A stretch of 32,000 nucleotides of DNA from the NCBI RefSeq assembly GCF_001412615.1, contig NZ_CP013011.1, forward strand, positions 1,770,001-1,802,000. The letters run 5' to 3'. Shown piece after piece: positions 1 to 7,704 of this stretch. The notes under the pieces are model-generated. The model did no database searches. It was not told the origin of the DNA and was given only the letters and a program-made list of their open reading frames with translations. Each line of letters opens with the position of its first letter. Within the stretch, counting starts at the first letter, position 1. Both the position numbers and the translations under genes were made by a program. Source of the stretch: Pyrodictium delaneyi (lineage in GTDB: Archaea; Thermoproteota; Thermoprotei_A; Sulfolobales; Pyrodictiaceae).

Positions 1-878
1 CCAATTAAGGTTCCGCTAGGAAATCTAGGATATATCGTTACACCTAGTCCATAGCTATCGTTACCGAAAAGCTGCGCAGGCAGCTCAATCCGTGGCCGCT
101 CTATCTCCTCAACGCTGTTCTTCGACAATATCTCCACGTCGCTAAGGCGACCACTCTGTGACAACGCTGTCATGAGTTTGGCAAGATCAACTACAGTACT
201 CCATCCACCACCATCTGCTGTTATCCCGGTTGGTACCCTAACAGGTCGCGGGGGACGAGACGATGTATCATAAGGTGTAGCCAAGAGTGGTGAAGATAAA
301 GCCTCTTGGGCATCGAAAGTAGTTGATCTCATACCTAAGGGTCCTGTTATGTGCTTGCGTATATACTCGTTAAAGCGCATCCCTGAGAGACGCTCAACTA
401 TGACGCCAAGGGCAACGAAACCTTCATTGAGATAGAGAAACCTCTCCCCAGGCTCGGCTATAGCCCAGTGGCGGGCACCTTTCTCGAGCCAGGCGAGAAC
501 GTCCCGGGGCTCAGAGAAAGGTAACCAGTTCTCGCCAAGCCCAAGGTAACCAGTAAGGAGCGCCTCAGCATAGCCTAGTGCTGGTATCCCGCTGGTGTGA
601 CTTAGCAAATGCCATACAAGAACGGGTTTCCCCTTAACACGGAGCTCGATAGGCAAATACTTTTCAGCTGGATCTTCGAGACTCAGAAGCCCCTTCTCAA
701 CAAGCTGCATAACAGCGATAGCAGTTAATATCTTTGATATCGAGGCTATGCCATACATAGTCTCCGGTGTTGCTAGCAGCCCACGCTCTAGGTTGCGATA
801 TCCATATCCTCTCTGCAGGAGTGGTTTACCCCGATCATGAAGTGCAACGCTAACTCCAGGAGTATGAGTTACAGCCAT
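1..878 (-). CDS. Serine hydrolase of the beta-lactamase / penicillin-binding-protein-like family (3' end cut by the window edge)
   Basis: Absent from the ORF track because it runs off the window. My translation of the minus strand from the ATG at complement 876-878 reads MAVTHTPGVSVALHDRGKPLLQRGYGYRNLERGLLATPETMYGIASISKILTAIAVMQLVEKGLLSLEDPAEKYLP...WHLLSHTSGIP...RFLYLNEGFVALG... It has an SxxK motif (SISK, nt 732-743) and a YxN motif (YLN). An in-frame TTG at 921-923 is an alternative start. Confidence 0.75.
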   Translation of the reverse strand, partial: MAVTHTPGVSVALHDRGKPLLQRGYGYRNLERGLLATPETMYGIASISKILTAIAVMQLVEKGLLSLEDPAEKYLPIELRVKGKPVLVWHLLSHTSGIPALGYAEALLTGYLGLGENWLPFSEPRDVLAWLEKGARHWAIAEPGERFLYLNEGFVALGVIVERLSGMRFNEYIRKHITGPLGMRSTTFDAQEALSSPLLATPYDTSSRPPRPVRVPTGITADGGGWSTVVDLAKLMTALSQSGRLSDVEILSKNSVEEIERPRIELPAQLFGNDSYGLGVTIYPRFPSGTLI

Positions 879-1333
879 ACGTGTAATGATGTATTCGCTA
901 GAAATCTGCTCAATACCCAGCAAACACCTAACCCCATAGCCAGGGTAGGCTGGAGGCTCTTAATTACAAATCTTTGCAATTCTGCTATCCGTGTATCATC
1001 AATTTGATTGAAACACCGACAGCCAAGGCGGCTTAATAGTCCCAGGAGGAATGCGGGACGCATATACGATATGCTATAATCTGACGTACTTGTTATCTTA
1101 AAGGGATGTTGATGATTAGAGCATCTGTTTATAAATATTTCTTTACATCGCATCTTATACAACATATATGTTAACAGTATCATGGTCGCATAGCATGTGA
1201 AATAACTGCTTGGCGCAAATTTTTATCAAAGATGTAAGACTAGACGATATCTACTAGCAATATTACATCATAAAGTCGTTCGTAGTTTAACCATTGGCTT
1301 GAAGATAATATCCTTGGCGTAAATAGTGATGTT

Positions 1334-2164
1334 TTGTCTTCGGATTTGGGGGAGGAAATTTTGGTACAGAATAGGGCTGCAGGCAGGCGAGACCGCATAG
1401 ATATAATATTATCCATACTACGTGTACTCGGCGATAATGGCCCGAGTTCAAAGACTAGTATAATGAGATTTGCAGAACTAAACTCGAAGAGTTTCGAAGA
1501 GTATGTCGAGGGTTTACTCGTGCCTCGTGGTTTTGTAGAAAAACGGAAGCTAAGAGACCGCTACGTTTACGTCTTAACACCGAGTGGGAAGATGTTACAT
1601 ACTCTACTCAGCATAGTTAGAGACCTTCTCTACATAGAGGAGCCTAAGGATGCAAAGATGCTTCGTGAGCTTCTGATTAGTAAGCTTCAGCTGCGAGGGT
1701 TCATGGTTTCATCATATCTAAATCTTGGAGATGGACTTATGCTTCCTGTCGATATTGCCGTATCGCATAATGGATCAACGGTAGTGGTTAATGTTGCTGC
1801 AACAAGGTCTTCCGCTTTGTGTCGATTAGCACTCTCTGCGCTTGCAGCTACACTCGGAGGAGCTAACGCGTTCATAGCTGTACCAGCTACGGCGGATGAA
1901 ATCTACGAACTAGTAAGCAAGATAAGTACTCCAACTATAAAGCCTTTAGTCTATGAGCCTTCCTCTATAGAACGTTCAGTAGAAGAAATAGTTTCTGTTG
2001 TAGAGGATAGTCTTGCTAAGTCATTTATCAGTAATGTGGCTGTAAAGAAGACAATGCATGTAACGAACGTAGCAAATCTGGCCTCTAGGGATACAATACT
2101 CGTAGAAGGACTAGGCAAGGATAAGAGAGGGAATAATGACGTACGACGCGTAACAATATCATGA
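1334..2164 (+). CDS. Winged-helix (HTH_45/ArnR-like) DNA-binding protein with an unassigned ~170-aa C-terminal domain
   Basis: 276-aa ORF with a TTG start; other in-frame TTGs lie at 1346 and 1361. The N-terminus (RRDRIDIILSILRVLGDNGPSSKTSIMRFAELNSKSFEEYVEGLLVPRGFVEKRK..YVLTPSGKML) fits the archaeal wHTH pattern. GC was 38-45% in the two 60-nt blocks I counted, well below neighbouring genes. Confidence 0.55.
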   Translation: MSSDLGEEILVQNRAAGRRDRIDIILSILRVLGDNGPSSKTSIMRFAELNSKSFEEYVEGLLVPRGFVEKRKLRDRYVYVLTPSGKMLHTLLSIVRDLLYIEEPKDAKMLRELLISKLQLRGFMVSSYLNLGDGLMLPVDIAVSHNGSTVVVNVAATRSSALCRLALSALAATLGGANAFIAVPATADEIYELVSKISTPTIKPLVYEPSSIERSVEEIVSVVEDSLAKSFISNVAVKKTMHVTNVANLASRDTILVEGLGKDKRGNNDVRRVTIS

Positions 2165-2231
2165 GAGGAGACGGCTGGTATAAAGAGACGTAGAAAGTAA
2201 TTGAAAAGGTCAGCCGCAGGGAAGATCTCCG

Positions 2232-2272
2232 GGCCTCCCCCAGACTGTTCTGGGGGTTCCCCGATGCAGGCC
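2232..2272 (+). terminator. Strong GC hairpin downstream of the wHTH gene (possible 3'-end or terminator structure)
   Basis: CCCCCAGA (2237-2244) pairs with TCTGGGGG (2249-2256) around a CTGT loop. An outer GGCCT (2232-2236) pairs with AGGCC (2268-2272). It lies about 70 nt after the stop at 2164. Confidence 0.3.
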
Positions 2273-2570
2273 TCATCATTCCGACGGTGTAATCCTTAAG
2301 GTCACACTATGTTGACTCGGTCTAAATGATAGTTGAGACTCCTCTAGCTGCCGCCTAATTATGTCTTTTTAACTCTGACACTCTACCTACTATGTCATTA
2401 ATGTTCTATATTTGAAGAGTCTGGCTCGGCCCACCCCTAGCTGCTTCACAGCCCTTTGAACGGGCTCTGCGGGACTGCCTAAGACTTAGCACTGTGCGCG
2501 GGGCTCATTCATCATAGCCCTCTGTCACTCTTCCTTCTATCACTTTATAGTTGTACACCGATAAATGTCC

Positions 2571-2578
2571 TATATTAA
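2571..2578 (+). promoter_or_regulatory. TATA-like box (TATATTAA) upstream of the surface-protein gene
   Basis: AT-rich octamer 37-44 nt upstream of the TTG at 2615. The spacing suits an archaeal TATA box with a short leader. Confidence 0.35.
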
Positions 2579-2614
2579 GGGGCTATTTGCGCGAAGTTTG
2601 TTGGGTTACAAGCA

Positions 2615-4330
2615 TTGAAGTCTAGCATCAAGGCTCTGCAGTTGCTTGCTGTCCTGTTTCTTCTAGCTATAGCTCCTATGCATGCGCTAGGTGGTAGCAA
2701 CGATGCGAATATAAAGATCCTAGTGGACGGCAATGGCATTGTATGGTTTAACGCTAGTATAGCTGGCAACATTACCTCCAATGGAGGCGTAGTGTATGCA
2801 CTAGAGAAAGTTGACGTCAAAGGTAACACGTCGGGCGAACATGCAGACTATGTAGTGGTGACGTCCGCTGAAGTTGTCGAGGAGGTTAAAGGCTTAGCCG
2901 GTACAGCGGTTAACACGAGCATAGCGCTCTCACAGCAAGGCAGGACTGGCAACGTATCAATTTCTATAGAGGCTGCTGCACTAAGCATTAGCATAAATGC
3001 GACCTTTAGTGAGAGCAATGCTGGCTACTATAGGCTAACTGGCTTGTTCAATGCATCTTACGTAGCTGCTGATAGTAGTCAGGCACAGCAGCTCGCTGAG
3101 AAGATACAACAGTTTCTCAATCCCGTTATGGCTTCTGCCATGTTGAGGGGAATGGGTCTACAAATGGTACGTGTAGATGATCTACGGGCCGGCGTCGAGA
3201 TAATAGACAATAGAACGCTGGTAATAAGTGGCTCCTTCACGGCAGTATTCGACGCCAAGGAGTACCGTGAGGTCACTATATCGAACCTTGTACGGCTCCG
3301 CGTTATAGACCCAGCCGAGGCGGATAGAATACGTCAAACGCTCGAGCAACTAGACATACTAGCTAAGGATGTAGACCAGAATCAAAAAGTGGGAATAGAG
3401 ACCGTCGTACACGGCTCCCGCATAGTAGTCAACGCTACTGGATGGCTACGGCTCCAGGGTCCCCGCTCCAACGTGGAGAGGATACTTGCTTACAGCGTGT
3501 TTAGTGGGCTCGCTGGAGTCGCCTCGCTGCAGGGCTTCCAGGCAGGAGCAGCTACTGGGGCAGCTACGATACTCCTAGGAGCCAAGCTTGTCGAGAAAGG
3601 AGTTGCACTGACAGTGAACGGGGAGGGCGAGATTACACTCATCCAGGATAACGGCACCGTAGCCTACACAGCTAGCGGGCTCGGCATCTATAAGCCCGAT
3701 GTCCCACCCCTAGAGTCTGCAGTAGAGGCCCTCCAGGCCCTAGTAGAAGTGTTCAAGAGCCTACCAGTAGAGGTAGGTAAAGCCAGCATTGTGCTAGAGT
3801 CGTTCATACCCGTTAGAGGCCCAGACAATGCGGAGAAGCTGGAGCGCGGGGACGCGACAATCTATATCGTGAAGCTGGAGAGCATAGACCAGCTCGAAAG
3901 GCTTGAACTAGGAGAAGAGACAGAGACAACCACTGCGCCCGTCATAGAAGCTACAACAACCGCAGCTACCACATCAGCTACCGAGGCAACCATCACCACT
4001 ACAACAATAACTACATCACCCATTACAAAAGCAACAACCACCGGAGCTATGGAGACAACTACACAATCCACTACAGCCATGACGGAGACACATAGGGAGA
4101 CCACAGAGACGCAACATGTAGCAACCACAACAAGTACAAACATGGAGACAATGACGGCATCTGCAACAACTACAGAGAAACAGACTACAACTACGACAGC
4201 TAAAAGTCTAGAGACAACGACTCAGACAATCAGCGGCATATCGCCTAGCACGCTAACAGCGTCATTCGCGGCGATAACACTTCTGCTGATAGCTGCAGGG
4301 TATCTCGCCTATAGAAGAATCCAAGGCTAG
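2615..4330 (+). CDS. Secreted, C-terminally membrane-anchored surface (glyco)protein with a Thr-rich stalk
   Basis: 571-aa ORF. It has an N-terminal signal-like sequence (MKSSIKALQLLAVLFLLAIAPMHALGGS) and many N-x-S/T sequons. A ~100-aa Thr-rich segment is followed by one C-terminal TM helix (FAAITLLLIAAGYLAY) and a short basic tail (RRIQG). Confidence 0.7.
   Translation: MKSSIKALQLLAVLFLLAIAPMHALGGSNDANIKILVDGNGIVWFNASIAGNITSNGGVVYALEKVDVKGNTSGEHADYVVVTSAEVVEEVKGLAGTAVNTSIALSQQGRTGNVSISIEAAALSISINATFSESNAGYYRLTGLFNASYVAADSSQAQQLAEKIQQFLNPVMASAMLRGMGLQMVRVDDLRAGVEIIDNRTLVISGSFTAVFDAKEYREVTISNLVRLRVIDPAEADRIRQTLEQLDILAKDVDQNQKVGIETVVHGSRIVVNATGWLRLQGPRSNVERILAYSVFSGLAGVASLQGFQAGAATGAATILLGAKLVEKGVALTVNGEGEITLIQDNGTVAYTASGLGIYKPDVPPLESAVEALQALVEVFKSLPVEVGKASIVLESFIPVRGPDNAEKLERGDATIYIVKLESIDQLERLELGEETETTTAPVIEATTTAATTSATEATITTTTITTSPITKATTTGAMETTTQSTTAMTETHRETTETQHVATTTSTNMETMTASATTTEKQTTTTTAKSLETTTQTISGISPSTLTASFAAITLLLIAAGYLAYRRIQG
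3915..4235 (+). repeat. Low-complexity Thr-rich coding repeat (ACN-codon run with recurring ATGGAGACA / GAGACA units)
   Basis: The translation reads ETETTTAPVIEATTTAATTSATEATITTTTITTSPITKATTTGAMETTTQSTTAMTETHRETTETQHVATTTSTNMETMTASATTTEKQTTTTTAKSLETTTQT. The motif (A)TGGAGACA recurs in the DNA. Confidence 0.8.
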
Positions 4331-4378
4331 AGAGCAAGCCCGGTTAACTAAACCCTTACATCTATGCGGTGACCCTTT

Positions 4379-5014
4379 CTAGCCGCTAACCAATTCCTGA
4401 AGCATCTCAAGGAGCTTCTTTCCCGGCTCCTCAAGCCCTAAACCTTGTAGCTGACGAGGCACCGGCTCTAGGAACATGACCCTAGTGAACCTAGAGACCG
4501 AGATTGCTAGTACGGCACCCAGCGCTATGGGTGGTTCGCCGAGCCCATGTACAGCCACTATCTCGGCAGTAGTCAGCTCGTATACAGCTTCGCTGAGTAG
4601 CCGGCTACGGGGCGTCTCCCAGGAGTCCCTCTCTCCTTTGATACCACAGTTTGGGCATACTGTCCCTTCTTCTAGCCACCATTTTCTGCCGCAGCGTGGA
4701 CAGCGTAGCCGGGGGAGGGAGCCATACAAGTCTATGATGTGATCCTGGCCGAGTAGCCGGGGTAATGCGCCGTCCACGCCGAGATATACTATCTTCCTCA
4801 CGGAGCCATTCTCTAATGCCTGGCGTAGCAGCTCAACACCTTCAGCACGTCCTTCCAGCGCCCGACGGTACACCTCAAGCGGTTCGTACTTCCCCCTAAG
4901 GCTTAGAAGCTCGACAATACTCATGGGGCCAAGTAGTAGTACATAACCCTCTCCAGCCAAGGCGTCTCGAAGCCTCCTACTGCTATTATGGCGTGGAGGC
5001 TCACCCCGTTGCAC
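4379..5014 (-). CDS. Sir2-fold protein with a Zn ribbon but substituted catalytic motifs (probable pseudo-deacylase)
   Basis: 211-aa ORF with a GTG start. By eye it aligns to sirtuins as follows: VLLLGPMSIVELLSLRG against vvlTGAGISaeSGIPtFRG, YLGVDGAL against TQNIDGLH, IIDLYGSLPRLRCPRCG against vIELHGsl..C..Cg. The second Zn pair is CPNC, and VHGLGEPP stands against viGTSl.V.P. Confidence 0.6.
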   Translation of the reverse strand: MQRGEPPRHNSSRRLRDALAGEGYVLLLGPMSIVELLSLRGKYEPLEVYRRALEGRAEGVELLRQALENGSVRKIVYLGVDGALPRLLGQDHIIDLYGSLPRLRCPRCGRKWWLEEGTVCPNCGIKGERDSWETPRSRLLSEAVYELTTAEIVAVHGLGEPPIALGAVLAISVSRFTRVMFLEPVPRQLQGLGLEEPGKKLLEMLQELVSG

Positions 5015-5194
5015 AGGCTCAGCATCCCGCCAGGGGGCTAAGGCCCAGGCGTCCGGTCACAGCCTCCACGCTACGGGTCCGACGTGCTTAGGGACATCAT
5101 ATAAGAGCGCAATGTCAACGCTCGACCAGAATGATCACCATACATCAATATAGAACAAAAACGCTACCGGAGCGGGAAAGAAGAATCTAATTCA

Positions 5195-5217
5195 AATACT
5201 CAAGTGTGTTGAGTATT
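5195..5217. repeat. Perfect 9-bp inverted repeat, AATACTCAA-gtgtg-TTGAGTATT
   Basis: Read directly from the sequence. It lies in the AT-rich part of the 750-bp gene-poor stretch 5015-5766. Confidence 0.8.
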
Positions 5218-5766
5218 GCTGTGATCAGAACCCAGCTAGTGTTTACCAGTCAAGAGGCTCGGCACGGAGCACGGGCTCCTCATTAAAGTAGGCCTTGGCC
5301 TTCTCCTCGGCCCCAATCGCCCTCCTCATAGCCCCAGAAAGAGCTAGCAGTCTAGTGACGTATAGCTATTCTTATCCCTAGTATGTTACGGCGCCTTCGC
5401 TTGCCACTGCTACTTGGACGGAATGATATTATGGTGGCATTCACTGAGCCATGCTCTATTATGTTTTGTTCCAGCTCCTCCAGCTCCACCCTATTCTCTA
5501 TGTGACGGCGTCTAACCTCCTCCTCTATCGCACGCTCCCATTGTGTAAGAGATCTCCTTTTCCGAATGTGGAGTATCAAGTTAGGTCACACTCCACACAT
5601 GGGCCGGGGTTGGATTCTTTACGTCTTCTCTCTCCATGCTGAAACTTCATTATGAGACCCCGAATAAGCTATTCTGCAAATATCCATTATGCAGAAACTA
5701 GATAAGCATCCACATCATGCAGTAAATATGTTCGCTCCCATACTTTGTATCTAGAAGTAGTAAGAT

Positions 5767-6477
5767 CTAATGACATGGATTACAACTGTTAGCTGACGGA
5801 CATAAACTGTACAATGGACAGATGCTACATCGAGGGTTACGAGGTCGGCAGACATTGCGGCCAAGCCTTATCATTGCCAAGTGCGTACGTGCTCGAAAAC
5901 CCTTAGGAATGAGAGGCTCAAGTATTTTCCTCACCCGTTCGGGCCGAGTCCCTGGCTCTACTAGACCTAATCGCGCCGCTATGCGAGCTATATGAGTGTC
6001 TACCGGGAATACGTCGATGCCCCAGAGAGCCATGAGCAGTACGTCGGCCGTCTTTTCACCTATACCGGGTATGCTTAGGAGCTTCTCACGGGCCTCGCTG
6101 GGCGGGAGACTTAGGAGTGCTTCTACGCTGCCAGCCTCGGCTACAAGCCTAGCTAGCCCGAGGACGACGCGAGTCTTCAACTCTACGAGGCCGAGGGGTC
6201 GTATTATCTCCTTGACGCCCTCGGGGTCGCGGAGTATGCTCCAAGGATCCGGGTAATGCTCTGCTAGCTTCTCTACGACGCGGCGGACGCTACGGTAGTC
6301 AGAGCGGTTACTCAGCGCTATGGCGAGCATGACGTGAAACGGGTCTACGTTTGGCTGTCTCCACCAGGGCTCGCCCCGGTACCACTCCAGAAGCTTCTCA
6401 ACGATCCGTCTAACCCTCTCCGCTGGAGGCGTCTCTTTGTCTTGCACTCTTCTCCCCGTCTGCCTCGATGTCCACAC
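5767..6477 (-). CDS. nth: Endonuclease III (HhH-GPD DNA glycosylase with a 4Fe-4S cluster loop)
   Basis: 236-aa ORF. It has an HhH-GPD core (LLSIPGIGEKTADVLLMALWGIDVFPVDTHIARIAARLGL) and a C-terminal C-x6-C-x2-C-x5-C loop (CRPRNPRCSICPLYSLC). The start is GTG at 6477 or GTG at 6447. Either start overlaps the 3' end of hypA. Confidence 0.85.
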   Translation of the reverse strand: MWTSRQTGRRVQDKETPPAERVRRIVEKLLEWYRGEPWWRQPNVDPFHVMLAIALSNRSDYRSVRRVVEKLAEHYPDPWSILRDPEGVKEIIRPLGLVELKTRVVLGLARLVAEAGSVEALLSLPPSEAREKLLSIPGIGEKTADVLLMALWGIDVFPVDTHIARIAARLGLVEPGTRPERVRKILEPLIPKGFRARTHLAMIRLGRNVCRPRNPRCSICPLYSLCPSANSCNPCH

Positions 6478-6877
6478 TATGTAGTACTACGCCGAGCCCC
6501 CGGATTATCTCGACTCTGTTGCCGCCGCAGCGGGGACACTGAAGGTATTGGACAAGCGCATCAGGATGAATGTGGACGAGCGTACTCAGCTCGGGATCCT
6601 CGGAGATACGCTTTATGTCCTCGTGGCTAGGCTCCCACTCATAGCCACAATCTTTGCAGCGAAAGCGGGGCTCTATCATCTCTATTTCTATCTCAGCACC
6701 CTCTGCAGGAGTACCCCGTGAGACTACGCGCAGCGCGAACCGGAGCGCCTCGGGATCAATAAGGCTGAGCATACCTATCTGCAGCTTTATCCTAGCAACC
6801 CGCCTAGCGCCAGGCGTATCGTGGAATACGTCTTCTACAGCCGCTAAAATGCTCAGAGCTATGCTCGTTTCATGCAT
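6410..6877 (-). CDS. hypA: Hydrogenase nickel-incorporation/maturation protein HypA
   Basis: The ORF track extends to 7000, but the canonical N-terminus MHETSIALSIL starts at the ATG at complement 6875-6877. Two CxxC pairs are present (CKDCG ... CPRCG). Confidence 0.8.
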   Translation of the reverse strand: MHETSIALSILAAVEDVFHDTPGARRVARIKLQIGMLSLIDPEALRFALRVVSRGTPAEGAEIEIEMIEPRFRCKDCGYEWEPSHEDIKRISEDPELSTLVHIHPDALVQYLQCPRCGGNRVEIIRGLGVVLHSVDIEADGEKSARQRDASSGEG

Positions 6878-7001
6878 GCCTCTAGCCCCACTCTTATGCT
6901 CGGCAGACATCCTCATGAAGGTATGGTATGGCTCTTTGATAGCTACTTCTCTGCGTCCAGAAATATTGTAGGATGTGTTGTTACAAATGATTTGACCCAT
7001 A

Positions 7002-7481
7002 TTAACGAGTAGTATGAGAGCTTGTTATATTACGTTGCAGGATACGCTGGAGTAGCTCTAGAAGCTCGCCTGTGAGCACCTCTATCCTGGCTAGTCTGCC
7101 AACTATCTCCTCCACGAGGGGAAGTAGTTCAGGCCGGGGGGTCTGGGCTAGGTTACGTGCAGCAGCCAAATGGAGCCTTATAGTTGCTTCTACTATGTAG
7201 AGTCCCTTGTTTATCATGCGCAGAAGTTGCTCTACACCCTTCTCGGTTATCCTGTAGACCTTCCTCTGTCTTGCGCCATGAGGCTCCTCGCTAGACTCTA
7301 TGTAACCCTCCTCTTCGAGGTCCCGGAGAACCGGATATACGGTGCCGGGGCTCGCTCCCCCGCCCACCTCTGCGAGGAGGCTCTTCATCCGCTTTATCAG
7401 CTCGTAGCCTGTCTTCGGCCCCTCGGCTAGGAGTAATAGTATCATGTAGCGGGTGCGCATTTCGAGTGCTTGACTAGCCAT
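7002..7481 (-). CDS. PadR-family transcriptional regulator
   Basis: 159-aa ORF. RYMILLLLAEGPKTGYELIKRMKSLL....SPGTVYPVLRDLEEEGYIES......RKVYRITEKG is the PadR winged-helix signature. It is the first gene of a minus-strand string PadR-HypA-Nth. Confidence 0.8.
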   Translation of the reverse strand: MASQALEMRTRYMILLLLAEGPKTGYELIKRMKSLLAEVGGGASPGTVYPVLRDLEEEGYIESSEEPHGARQRKVYRITEKGVEQLLRMINKGLYIVEATIRLHLAAARNLAQTPRPELLPLVEEIVGRLARIEVLTGELLELLQRILQRNITSSHTTR

Positions 7482-7704
7482 TTCTATGTCTACACCTCGC
7501 GCCTAGGGCGTTGGCCCCCAGGTCCTCCCCCTAAGCGGATTGATATTGTTGCGAAGACTCATATTACAGTTTACCTTGAGTATGCTGGTCTGCGTCCAAT
7601 TTTGCTATCCAATAATCCTCAGACGATAACCGCCTATTAGTGTTTCCGGAAAACGATTTATCTCCAGCAGATATGTCGGCAGGAGACAGGTCGGGTGAAG
7701 TGGT

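Noticed and set aside
869-1183. 104-aa minus-strand ORF directly upstream of the serine hydrolase gene
   Set aside because: It is very AT-rich with odd composition (C/Y/I/N-rich) and no recognisable motif. It is in a different frame from the hydrolase gene. It most likely falls within non-coding promoter or islet DNA. I also checked whether it could be a frameshifted N-terminus of the hydrolase. The hydrolase frame is open back to a stop at 960-962 and has its own ATG and TTG starts.
879-1333. Replication origin in the 450-bp AT-rich gap
   Set aside because: I could find no repeated ORB or mini-ORB-like elements, no orc1/cdc6 gene is adjacent, and the AT-richness extends into the neighbouring low-GC gene. 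An acquired islet is the simpler reading.
2421-2522. Box C/D sRNA on the minus strand (ATGATGA at complement of about 2509-2515)
   Set aside because: No CTGA D box lies within about 60-70 nt downstream on that strand.
5011-5105. Box C/D sRNA on the minus strand upstream of the Sir2-like gene (ATGATGT ... CTGA)
   Set aside because: The C box is imperfect, no acceptable C' is present, and the second guide would be about 33 nt. No terminal stem is present either.
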